64,000 nt of DNA, from the sequence record OR496884.1; one strand, written 5' to 3'. Positions 47,467-56,565 of this stretch are shown here, one piece after another. The translations under genes and the position numbers were made by a program. Each line of letters begins with the position of its first letter. Position 1 is the stretch's first letter. The notes beneath the pieces are model-generated. The model did no database searches. It worked only from the letters and a program-made list of their open reading frames with translations, and was not told where the DNA came from.

Positions 47467-50316
47467 ATGAAAAGTAAAAACGCAGGTCTTCCACTAGGCT
47501 TTAAGCCAGCAGACCGAACTGCATTAAAAGGTAGGCTTGAGACGCTCGGGACAATTGAGCAAAGTCTTCAAGCAATCATGGTTCGCGATGAACGACATCG
47601 TAACCAAAGTCAAGTTGAAGAAAACAGTAAACCGCAGTTTCGTAAAGTAAAGAAGCTCTCAGATGTTATTGCCAAAAGTATTCAAGCAGCTAATGACCTT
47701 CGTTCAGTAACTCATTTTATCAAACGTGCTCAACACATTTGGTTAACAATGCTACTTAAACCGAATGGTGAACAAAAACAGCTTCTTCGTTACGACACTG
47801 AAGGTTCCGATATAAAGAATCAGAAACTCCATGAAACGTTGCTTCAAATTGTAGAAAACTATGGGACAAACAAATACCCCATAGAAGATCTTCCCGCTCA
47901 AATTATTAAAGACACACTTTTTGTTACTGGATCTTACGTTCTTATTAACCTTCCACATAGCGCGTTAGACCACTTGATCAATGGCATGGAAGTGTCTGGT
48001 AATGAAGCCAATGACCCAAATAAAGTTTTTGATCAAGTGCTTTCTACCCAATTTAATAACAACGATTTAGGAAAAGCCAAAAACATTGGGTTTATTCGTA
48101 AAACACCGGTTACAGATACTACATCAGGTTTTGAATCTCTTTGGAAAACTAATTCTGATGGCGGTGAAGAATTCTCACTTGTTGATCCAGAATTCAATTG
48201 GACATTTACTGATAATCCAAACGTTTTAAAAGTGGGTGAATTGCAACAGAAAATTAGGTCCGACAAATTGATGGCTAGGTCTGGTTTTGAAGATATTGGG
48301 ACAATGATGACCAATATTTTTAACAAGACCGAAAAGGGTAAAGGGAAACCCAATCCTAACCATGTCACGATTCCTGAAAGATCTGATTTAAATGAAGCGT
48401 TAAGTAAGCTTTATAAACAACGTAACTACCGCTACAACGAATCATTAAATATCCGTCGTAGTAAATTTTACACAGGTACTGGGAAGGGTATTGGTATCAC
48501 TTACCATGCGCCAAGTGAAGCTATTATACCTGTTCACGCCAATGGTGAGATTGGAAAACCTTTTGGTTATATAGGACTTATTGATCCCAAAACTGGTGAG
48601 TTTTTAAAATCCACTGGAGACGTTAAATTTTATCAAAGTAATAAACAAGCAAGCGGGAATCTTGATTCCGGTGCAGGTTACGGTACCTTGAATGAAATGG
48701 CGTCACATATCAAACAGATTGCTCAAGGTGGCGATTGTAACTTTGATATGGATTGGATGATTGAACTTGCTTCCGCTACTCTTGAAAAAGAGTTTGTAGA
48801 AAGTTTCTTTAATGGGGATTTGAATAAATCCGTTACTGTTTCACTTTCTGAAGCCAATAAAAAGATATTCCTTTCTCGGTCATTCAGACAACAAGGTGTT
48901 CGCTGTGTATTTATCCCCGCCGAATACGTAACCTATGTCGCAACTGACTTTAACCATTTAGGGATTGGGCGGTCGCTGGTAGAGGAAGCTAAACTTCACA
49001 TTACTCGTTTGGCGGTACTTGATACTGCGGATGCATTAGCTGCTGTTGAAAACTCTATTTCCAAAACAGAACTTCGCGTTACATTGGAAAAACAAAATAC
49101 AGATCCTCGTCAATTGATTGCAATGATACGAGATGAGTATTTTGCCAGTAACCCCACTATGCACGATATATTGGGTTATGCAAACCTTTCTATCGATGAA
49201 GTACTGGATAGGTTTAAAGAACAGCAGTTGATCATTAAAGTGGATGCCGGCGATAACAAACACATCATTGCTCCTTCTATTGAAGCAAGCCAAGCGCAAC
49301 ATGAACCTTTGAAATCTGTTGATAGAGATGTTAAAGAAGGACTGCTTAATGCCATTGCTGGTCACTTCATGCTCAAACGTAGTTGGCTTGAAGATACTGG
49401 TGAAGGTGTTGATTTTGCTATTGAAGCATTAGCCGACCAAGAGATACTGAGAAACCAAGCAAGTTCTTACTCTCGTGAATTCAGTAAGTTTATTAGTGAT
49501 TTCCTGAGAAAACATATTCGTTGTAACGAACCGTTGATGGTTGAATTAGTAAACGTTATTCGTGAGAATAAAAAGCTTTACGAAAAACCTGATCGTTACA
49601 AGAGTTTGGAAGAAGCACTTGATACTGGTGGTGAAGAAAGTAAATTAAGTGAACAAGAGAAAGTAGAAACTGTTTTCCTTGATTTCATTAATAACCTTTA
49701 CGTTGAACTTCCTCAGTTGTCCTTAAATGAAACATTGAGTAAGATTGAGAATAAGATTGATAGTATTGACAAGTTAGTTGAACGTTGGATGGCAATGGCC
49801 GGTGCTGAATTGGTTAAGAAGTACGCGGCAGAATTTGGTCTTCAAGGCGATGAATTAATGACTCAGATCAAAGGCGTCTTTATGTATGATGCATTTGAAC
49901 GTTTCAATCTTCCGGTTCCATTTGAAACCATTCTTAATGACGGTGACGGTGGCGGTATTCTTTCCATTGTCAATGGTATTAACAATCTGGATGGTAACGT
50001 TGCTAAGTTCTTTGAAGCTCTCTTAGGTGGACAATCTAAAGCAATGAAAATTTGGGAGAAGTTAAAAGAGAAATTTGGTACTGAAGAAAATCCGGATGGA
50101 GAGCAAGTTGAACCTTCTCAAGGTTTTGTAGATGATGGTTTGTTTAATGATCAAACATTACCAGAACCTGCAGACGAATTCCAGGAACTGGATGATGAAG
50201 ATAAACTTCCTGAAGATCAAGTAGAAACTGAAGGTACAAGTGATGATGAAAACGCTGAAAAAGTAGATGAAGAAAAATCTCCTTTTGATGATGTTGAGTT
50301 ACCACCGGAATCATAA
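47467..50316 (+). CDS. Probable portal protein (phiKZ-type)
   Basis: Start moved to ATG 47467 (GGGAG RBS); about 950 aa; PSEAIIPVH, P.EYVTY.A.DFN..G.GRSL; acidic tail; several SG-x-E sites; called mainly by synteny with the capsid gene. Confidence 0.55.
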   Translation: MKSKNAGLPLGFKPADRTALKGRLETLGTIEQSLQAIMVRDERHRNQSQVEENSKPQFRKVKKLSDVIAKSIQAANDLRSVTHFIKRAQHIWLTMLLKPNGEQKQLLRYDTEGSDIKNQKLHETLLQIVENYGTNKYPIEDLPAQIIKDTLFVTGSYVLINLPHSALDHLINGMEVSGNEANDPNKVFDQVLSTQFNNNDLGKAKNIGFIRKTPVTDTTSGFESLWKTNSDGGEEFSLVDPEFNWTFTDNPNVLKVGELQQKIRSDKLMARSGFEDIGTMMTNIFNKTEKGKGKPNPNHVTIPERSDLNEALSKLYKQRNYRYNESLNIRRSKFYTGTGKGIGITYHAPSEAIIPVHANGEIGKPFGYIGLIDPKTGEFLKSTGDVKFYQSNKQASGNLDSGAGYGTLNEMASHIKQIAQGGDCNFDMDWMIELASATLEKEFVESFFNGDLNKSVTVSLSEANKKIFLSRSFRQQGVRCVFIPAEYVTYVATDFNHLGIGRSLVEEAKLHITRLAVLDTADALAAVENSISKTELRVTLEKQNTDPRQLIAMIRDEYFASNPTMHDILGYANLSIDEVLDRFKEQQLIIKVDAGDNKHIIAPSIEASQAQHEPLKSVDRDVKEGLLNAIAGHFMLKRSWLEDTGEGVDFAIEALADQEILRNQASSYSREFSKFISDFLRKHIRCNEPLMVELVNVIRENKKLYEKPDRYKSLEEALDTGGEESKLSEQEKVETVFLDFINNLYVELPQLSLNETLSKIENKIDSIDKLVERWMAMAGAELVKKYAAEFGLQGDELMTQIKGVFMYDAFERFNLPVPFETILNDGDGGGILSIVNGINNLDGNVAKFFEALLGGQSKAMKIWEKLKEKFGTEENPDGEQVEPSQGFVDDGLFNDQTLPEPADEFQELDDEDKLPEDQVETEGTSDDENAEKVDEEKSPFDDVELPPES

Positions 50317-50336
50317 AAAAAAATAAGTTAATGTAA

Positions 50337-50368
50337 AGCACCTCACACCCATTTGGGTGTGAGGTGCT
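50337..50368. terminator. 15-bp bidirectional hairpin
   Basis: agcacctcacaccca-tt-tgggtgtgaggtgct. Confidence 0.8.
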
Positions 50369-50375
50369 ATTACTG

Positions 50376-50861
50376 TTATGCCAGTACGGCATCCAGGTCG
50401 CTGTCTTGCAGTTCGATCAGTTCAACTTCTTCATTAGCTGAACGTTCAGCCATGATCTTGTTGACGCGATAGGTAGCGGCACCGCCGATGTTCTTAACCA
50501 GCATGCCGGCCAGAGTACCGATAGCGAAAGATTGTGCGCCTTCGATTACGGCATGACCGATAGACGGCTTTGCCAGGTAACCAGCGCCAGCGCCAGCGGC
50601 AACTGCCACCACTGAGGAAACAGTGTTACTGATGTTGAAATCTTCAGTCAGCGCCAGCGGCAGAATTGCCAGAGTGGCACCGGCAGCACCGATCAGGGCG
50701 GCTTTACCTTTGCTCAGTCCCAGAGTTTCATCCAGATGCTTCTGGGTTTCCTTCATGGTTTCGGCCAGGTTGGCGTGGAGCTGTTGACTGGCGACTTGCA
50801 GATCTTGAGCCAGGGTGGTTTGGTCAACAGTTACTTGATCGTTAGTTTCGGTGGTTTTCAT
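50376..50861 (-). CDS. Glycine-zipper membrane protein, GC-rich codon usage
   Basis: GKAALIGAAGATLAILPL, VVAVAAGAGAGYL, FAIGTLAGML; GC 50% and 65% in two 60-nt lines counted, well above the AT-rich flanks; own promoter motif. Confidence 0.7.
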   Translation of the reverse strand: MKTTETNDQVTVDQTTLAQDLQVASQQLHANLAETMKETQKHLDETLGLSKGKAALIGAAGATLAILPLALTEDFNISNTVSSVVAVAAGAGAGYLAKPSIGHAVIEGAQSFAIGTLAGMLVKNIGGAATYRVNKIMAERSANEEVELIELQDSDLDAVLA

Positions 50862-50927
50862 GGTGAACCTCTAAATATTAAAAGTGAAAGTATCCAAATG
50901 GATTATAGTAATAAACATTGTTGTTGT

Positions 50928-50951
50928 TTATCACTTTAGTAATATAGGTTT
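50928..50951 (-). promoter_or_regulatory. Candidate early promoter (TATATTAC)
   Basis: - strand AAACCTATATTACTAAAGTGATAA; contains the phiKZ early consensus TATATTAC. Confidence 0.7.
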
Positions 50952-50987
50952 GAAAGTTTCATCATATTAAAAATAAACAAAAAAATA

Positions 50988-51013
50988 GCTAACTCTGGGA
51001 ATCCAGAGTTAGC
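50988..51013. terminator. 11-bp hairpin with T tail on - strand
   Basis: gctaactctgg-gaat-ccagagttagc. Confidence 0.7.
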
Positions 51014-51094
51014 CAAACGTCCACCTTCACCATAATACTTTCACCTTATCTACTTTAATAATGTATATCTAAAAATATATAGAAGATAAATAAC

Positions 51095-51125
51095 ACCCTA
51101 CTCTAACCAATGGTTAGAGTAGGGT
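51095..51125. terminator. 15-bp hairpin after the 817-aa gene
   Basis: accctactctaacca-a-tggttagagtagggt. Confidence 0.75.
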
Positions 51126-51134
51126 TAATTATAA

Positions 51135-53588
51135 TTATGTCAGATCAATCGGAATACGTCGCACCAACCCTTCATAACGATTGATAGCGCGCAGTTTTAC
51201 AACTGCTTCATCAAAGTCGCTAAAGGTCGCTACGCGAATTGCACCACCTTCTGGATACTTGAATTTAATCAAGATATCTGGTTTTGTTTTAAAGTGCTTT
51301 TGCCCATACTTATAAGCTTGTTCTATAATGGCAAACAACTTAGGTTCTTGGGATTGCTTAAGAACCATAATACCATCATCAATTGGACCTGCAAAATGGT
51401 TAACTGAAATAAGCATTGCGTCATTTACCCAAAGCAGATTTGTTTCACTCTGCTGAGTAGCCAATGCTTCTTCTATTTGGTCACCATTTGCTTTCTTAAC
51501 AAAATGTTCTACAACTTCTTCTTTAGGTGCAAAGATTTGGAAATTGTTCAAGAAGAACTCATTCTTTTGAAGTTGTTGGAACTGAGCTGCTGTCTCCGGA
51601 TCTTTAGTTGCAAGCATTTCATAAAGATCATCAGCGTCATTTAGAATATCCGTTACGTGCAAATATCCGCTGTTACCTTTACGGTTTTCTGGATATCCAC
51701 GACATTCTATCAGCCAACGATTAATAACGTTACTGAGGTGGTCTGTAACGAGTCGTGTGAACTCGTTATTATCAGTCCTGGTCAATGCCCTGGAAACAGC
51801 ATAGAAGTAGTCTGTGGTCTTCCTGTGATCAATTTCAACACCACGTACAAACATAAAGATTTCTTTATAGAGACGATCGATCTCGTCCATAGAAGAAAAC
51901 GTGAATGTTCCAATCATTTTTGTTGGAATGATAAAGGCATCCAGTTTACCTTTCGGATCAAAAGTTTTAACTGCCACGTCCAACTTATTAATAAGTTCTC
52001 CATCATTCTCAGATGTCACCACTGATTTCGCTACCAGGATTTGAGGTTCAACATCTTGAGGAGCCATCGGGTCTATTGGGGTGATTTTACCTTTGTCATC
52101 AAAGCGTTCTGATGTTTCTTGAACTTTTGGTGTCCAAGATGTTTTAACTTCGCCATCTTCCACATACATGAACGGAAGAATTTTTGAAGGATCAGTTAGG
52201 AATTTATCCATTTCATCTTCCAGATTATGAGTGACCATTTTTACTTTGATCAAATTAACTTTCAGAGAATTACTATCAGGAATAAATTGAATAACCGGAA
52301 TGATGTCGCTAGCATTACCAACAAACGCTTCCATTCCTAGTTTAACATTTCGACCTTCTTGATAGAAATGTTTACCAATGTTAACCGTGTCTTTCAAAGA
52401 ACCAATCAACCAAGGTGTTCCTGGAATTTCTTTGAAATAATCAGACATGTTAAATTTGTGTTTAACAGCCAAAGTAAAATGCTCAGACGGAACTGCTTTA
52501 TAATCATAACTATTTAAGGAGAGAGTGTTGTCATGCCATTGTTCAGCGATTTGTTCTGGTGTTGGTTGAACTTGGTATGCTTTAATTTGATTTTGCATCC
52601 ACTGTTCATTTTCCCTCATCATTTTTGCTTTAAATTCTGGTGTGATGGGTACACCATTATTATCAAACTCGAGTTGGTTTCCGAACATGGCAACTTCCCC
52701 TGTGTTGGGTAGGAAATCAATAGGATCATGAATTCCTGATGTGGTCATCAAGGTATCCAATAACGTGTTGTTAACTTGTTTACCTTGCAGCAATTCTTTT
52801 ACACGACCAACTTTCCATGGGTTTTCTGAATTTGCAGATTCATATCGCCCAACAAAGAAGATGTGTTGATCTTCGGCTTTTTGCATCAAATGTTTTAATG
52901 CTGGTGAAAGAACCGTCATGTGTATTGCACGATCGGGATGATGATAAACCCAATCGATCAATGTTTGGACAGCACAATACATCGCAGCATCCATTACATA
53001 ACTACGGACTTCGTCGCCATTGTTACTTGGTTCTCTACCGGCAATGGTATTTCTAGTAATCTCACCCACAACCTGCAAAATGACGTTACCCATAATACGC
53101 TGATAAATAAGCGCGGTACTTTGAATTTCGTTAAACACCATTTCGCCAATGGGATCAACAATATGCATTTCACGATTGTTGGGGTGGACAATAGTTTTTA
53201 GACCAGCCAAAAAGCTTGAATAAAATCCGTGCTTTTCATTACGCAATTGTATTGCACGCATAACGTGAAAACCAATTTCACTTGCTTGCTGGAATGCTTG
53301 AGCTCGAATAAACTTTTCATTTTCGAGATCATTGGCCATTTCCCCCCAAGTACCGGTAAGTGCACTTGTACCTTTTTCGTAACTAAATCCTAAGGGAACT
53401 TGTTGGCCGTTAGGAACTTTAGCTCCAGCCACCGCATTCAAGTTTGCAATAAACTGCTGATAACCATTCTGAGTTTGCTGTTGCTGTCCACCCATCCCAG
53501 GGACTGGCTGAGTAGTTCCCATACCCATTCCCATACCCATGGTTTGATTCATAGGACGGTTACCGGTAATTACACGACCGTTATTCAT
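51135..53588 (-). CDS. Large hypothetical protein with low-complexity Met/Gly/Gln N-terminus
   Basis: 817 aa; MNQTMGMGMGMGTTQPVPGMGGQQQQTQ; directly follows the RNAP subunit. Confidence 0.7.
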   Translation of the reverse strand: MNNGRVITGNRPMNQTMGMGMGMGTTQPVPGMGGQQQQTQNGYQQFIANLNAVAGAKVPNGQQVPLGFSYEKGTSALTGTWGEMANDLENEKFIRAQAFQQASEIGFHVMRAIQLRNEKHGFYSSFLAGLKTIVHPNNREMHIVDPIGEMVFNEIQSTALIYQRIMGNVILQVVGEITRNTIAGREPSNNGDEVRSYVMDAAMYCAVQTLIDWVYHHPDRAIHMTVLSPALKHLMQKAEDQHIFFVGRYESANSENPWKVGRVKELLQGKQVNNTLLDTLMTTSGIHDPIDFLPNTGEVAMFGNQLEFDNNGVPITPEFKAKMMRENEQWMQNQIKAYQVQPTPEQIAEQWHDNTLSLNSYDYKAVPSEHFTLAVKHKFNMSDYFKEIPGTPWLIGSLKDTVNIGKHFYQEGRNVKLGMEAFVGNASDIIPVIQFIPDSNSLKVNLIKVKMVTHNLEDEMDKFLTDPSKILPFMYVEDGEVKTSWTPKVQETSERFDDKGKITPIDPMAPQDVEPQILVAKSVVTSENDGELINKLDVAVKTFDPKGKLDAFIIPTKMIGTFTFSSMDEIDRLYKEIFMFVRGVEIDHRKTTDYFYAVSRALTRTDNNEFTRLVTDHLSNVINRWLIECRGYPENRKGNSGYLHVTDILNDADDLYEMLATKDPETAAQFQQLQKNEFFLNNFQIFAPKEEVVEHFVKKANGDQIEEALATQQSETNLLWVNDAMLISVNHFAGPIDDGIMVLKQSQEPKLFAIIEQAYKYGQKHFKTKPDILIKFKYPEGGAIRVATFSDFDEAVVKLRAINRYEGLVRRIPIDLT

Positions 53589-53611
53589 TGACAGCTCCTA
53601 AAAAGATTCGG

Positions 53612-55309
53612 TTATTCTTTAACTCGTAACCGTTTTTGTGTTTCACTGTACAATTGCCTATCTTCAGGTCGAAGAGATGTATACTTTCCTTGTATCAAGT
53701 GCACTCGTGGGAGTAACATACCTCGACAATCAGGAGCAGGTTTTGAGGCATATTGATAGCTACACACAAATGGTTGAGAAGGATGTATTTTTGATCCAGG
53801 GTGAGACGGATCGAATTCTTCTTTTTTACCACCAGGGCCTTTACTAATTGCAGACCTGGTTTGGAGTATAACCCCAGTACCATAATCGATAAACGGATTA
53901 TCAGTACCTGTTTGTTCCATGATGACGTTGTTATCACGTGTCGATCTATCGATATTGAATAGTCTAAAATGTGCGTCAATTTCACGGTTCAATGTTTTTG
54001 GCGTAATTAAGGTTTTATTCTTAATCTTGAATTTAAAATCGTTAGCCATTTTAATAATGGTATCCATCATAAATTCCATGCTGCTCAGTTCTTTATGCAA
54101 CATGTCCGCCGGATCATACAACTTAATCAAATTACTGTAGTTTACCATCAAGTGATTAAGAAGATCGTAGGTGTTCTTAACTTCAAGATCAAATTTGTTA
54201 TATTTGTCAATAGTCAAGTCATCCGCGTATTCTTCTACGGACGCAAAATGCTCATGCATCTGTCTGAGATAAACATCAGGAGAACTTTTTACCGGAAGTT
54301 TGATGCTACAATGTCCAATGATCAACCGCCAGTAATCGGTGTTATCTAACATACCTACATCAAGTCGGTGACTAAACACACCAAACATGAATAACAATCC
54401 ACCTACATATTGAATTGCCAGGTTATTGATGCGGCCATCCTTTTTCAAAGATCTAATGGCAATGGCCGGATCTTCTTCAATCGGAAGTCCTTTTGGACGA
54501 TCAAATGCTTTTGGATGAATTCCACCTGTGTTGGCATAAATCTCCCAACCGTCAGATTCTTTACAGATGTCTAACAAGGTATCCAAAGTGTCAATTTTGT
54601 ATTCACATTCGCCAAATTCTTTCATGGCTTGTGTAAATCCATATTTCCCAAAAATATACCAGGCCAATAAAGGAATAGGTACTTTGGTATTTTTGATTTG
54701 ACGATCACCTTTAGGACTGTAGAACCGGTTAGCTGGTAAAGACAAGTTTGTTGTATTAGTAACAACGTTTTCTCCAACACGATAAACTTTATTAATTGTG
54801 TGAAGTTCTTTTGTTACTTTAAATTTGTATCCCGTTACTCTAACAAATATTGTTTTGTCTTTACTGCCATCAACGGACGGTCCACGTTCTGATAATACGT
54901 ATTGTGCGCTATATAAACTTCCCCGAACATAAATGTCACCGTGTTTATTACTGAACGCCAAAAACATCAAAGGTTGTTTGATGTCGTGAACGATCCCTGT
55001 TTTGGGATCTTTAAAATGGTGTTTAATTCGAATACCATAAAAAGAGTTACGAGAAATTTCAAACTCTTTTGTTCCAGTTCCAGTTCCTTGCCCTGGTTTG
55101 GTGATTGAATTGTAAAATTCTATTGGATCGACTTTTTCAATTCCCTCAAAATAATATCCTTTTTCTTCAAGAGATCTGAACATATTTCTAAACGAATTCT
55201 CAAGGTAAGGAATAGCGCGTTTTAGATCTTTCATATGAAAGCCTTCAACCAACTCCTTGGTAAACCCACCTTGTTCTTTGGCCACTAACTTTAACAGCTG
55301 CGGATCCAT
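53612..55309 (-). CDS. Non-virion RNA polymerase beta-type subunit (N-terminal part, phiKZ gp123-like)
   Basis: 565 aa; GDIYVRGSLY..QYVLSERG, PVPLLAWY-like IPLLAWYIFGKYG, HPSQPFV at the C-terminus; position two genes after the capsid gene. Confidence 0.75.
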   Translation of the reverse strand: MDPQLLKLVAKEQGGFTKELVEGFHMKDLKRAIPYLENSFRNMFRSLEEKGYYFEGIEKVDPIEFYNSITKPGQGTGTGTKEFEISRNSFYGIRIKHHFKDPKTGIVHDIKQPLMFLAFSNKHGDIYVRGSLYSAQYVLSERGPSVDGSKDKTIFVRVTGYKFKVTKELHTINKVYRVGENVVTNTTNLSLPANRFYSPKGDRQIKNTKVPIPLLAWYIFGKYGFTQAMKEFGECEYKIDTLDTLLDICKESDGWEIYANTGGIHPKAFDRPKGLPIEEDPAIAIRSLKKDGRINNLAIQYVGGLLFMFGVFSHRLDVGMLDNTDYWRLIIGHCSIKLPVKSSPDVYLRQMHEHFASVEEYADDLTIDKYNKFDLEVKNTYDLLNHLMVNYSNLIKLYDPADMLHKELSSMEFMMDTIIKMANDFKFKIKNKTLITPKTLNREIDAHFRLFNIDRSTRDNNVIMEQTGTDNPFIDYGTGVILQTRSAISKGPGGKKEEFDPSHPGSKIHPSQPFVCSYQYASKPAPDCRGMLLPRVHLIQGKYTSLRPEDRQLYSETQKRLRVKE

Positions 55310-55336
55310 TATTCCTCCTTCGCTTTTTTTATATGG

Positions 55337-56401
55337 CTAAATGAATACCTTTATTAATCCCATTATCGATCCCTTTAATTCTGCCCCAAATATGGCAAAT
55401 ACGAACTTCAAGTAGTCGAGTATAAAATTACCAGTCTTGTTAGATTTAAAAAGTTTTGTTTCTGCGTTCATTTCTCTTACATCTCTTTGCAGTGTTTCAA
55501 ACTCTTTAATTTTCTTATCTAACTCTTTCTTAAGATTAGCATTTTCTTTACGTTTCAATTCCAATTTGGATTGGAGATCTTCGTAAGCTTTACTTGACTT
55601 ACCAATTTCCGCATCGCGCTTTTCAAAGAAAATTCCATGTTCTTTAAGTTTCTTTTCATAGTCGGGATCTTCAAAGCTGACATGAACGGTGTGACCGGCT
55701 ACATTACCAGTGACTGTTGCATCTATATAGATGCCATCTTTGAGCGATGAAGAACGGATAACAGGAATTTGAAATGCCTGTCCCAACATATGAGTCCAAA
55801 GCCCATATGTCCTTCCCAATTTGTCTACAATAAGAATCTTTGCTGTCAGAAACTTTTCTTCTTCAGAGTTAAGGACCAGCATACCTTGATCATCGCCTAA
55901 ACGACTAGGATCCATAGCAGCCAGTGCTTCGCGAGGCCAAAACCCCTCTCTGCGGATACATCTCATTAAATCTTCATAGCGAGCAATAATAATACCTAGT
56001 GCGTGATTGACATAACAATCACCAGGCTCGGGTGGATAGAAATACGCGTGCAATGCATTTTGATCACCAATGGTATCAATATAATGTTGATTATATTCCT
56101 TTTGGAATTTATCAATACCTGGTTTAAACTGATCATAAATGAAATCGCCATCGGTATCCAACGCAGTTTTTCTTATCTCCATTCCAAGACCCTGAGCGGC
56201 CATCCATGCCCTGGTAATTTTTACTTTACCTTGGTCTTGCGGATTAAACCGATTCCTTTCAGGAGGAAGTATGGAAATAATACCAGTTTTATCAGCACAC
56301 CACAATGCAATATCGGTGCCGTTACTGACTGCTGTTGTGAAACCATAATGAGAACGCTCTAGCACTCCGTAGCCTGTGTCATAACACAGTTGTACGCCCA
56401 C
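55337..56401 (-). CDS. Hypothetical protein with C-terminal coiled coil and hydrophobic tail
   Basis: 354 aa; GTG start; KLELKRKENANLKKELDKKIKEFETLQ...; FILDYLKFVFAIFG. Confidence 0.65.
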   Translation of the reverse strand: MGVQLCYDTGYGVLERSHYGFTTAVSNGTDIALWCADKTGIISILPPERNRFNPQDQGKVKITRAWMAAQGLGMEIRKTALDTDGDFIYDQFKPGIDKFQKEYNQHYIDTIGDQNALHAYFYPPEPGDCYVNHALGIIIARYEDLMRCIRREGFWPREALAAMDPSRLGDDQGMLVLNSEEEKFLTAKILIVDKLGRTYGLWTHMLGQAFQIPVIRSSSLKDGIYIDATVTGNVAGHTVHVSFEDPDYEKKLKEHGIFFEKRDAEIGKSSKAYEDLQSKLELKRKENANLKKELDKKIKEFETLQRDVREMNAETKLFKSNKTGNFILDYLKFVFAIFGAELKGSIMGLIKVFI

Positions 56402-56461
56402 GGAAACTTTCCTTTTGTTAGTTATACTTTCATTAAAGAAATCTCCTTAATGTTACAAAAA

Positions 56462-56475
56462 GATAATATCTGTTT
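56462..56475 (-). promoter_or_regulatory. Candidate promoter
   Basis: - strand AAACAGATATTATC, 61 nt upstream of 56401. Confidence 0.55.
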
Positions 56476-56505
56476 AAAAACTTATAGAAGAACAAAAATA
56501 AAATA

Positions 56506-56535
56506 CCTAGAGACTCCCGTTAAGGAGTCTCTAGG
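56506..56535. terminator. Terminator of the major capsid gene
   Basis: cctagagactcc-cgttaa-ggagtctctagg with T-rich tail on - strand. Confidence 0.8.
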
Positions 56536-56565
56536 ATTTATTTAGTTATAGCGTTAAACTATAAA

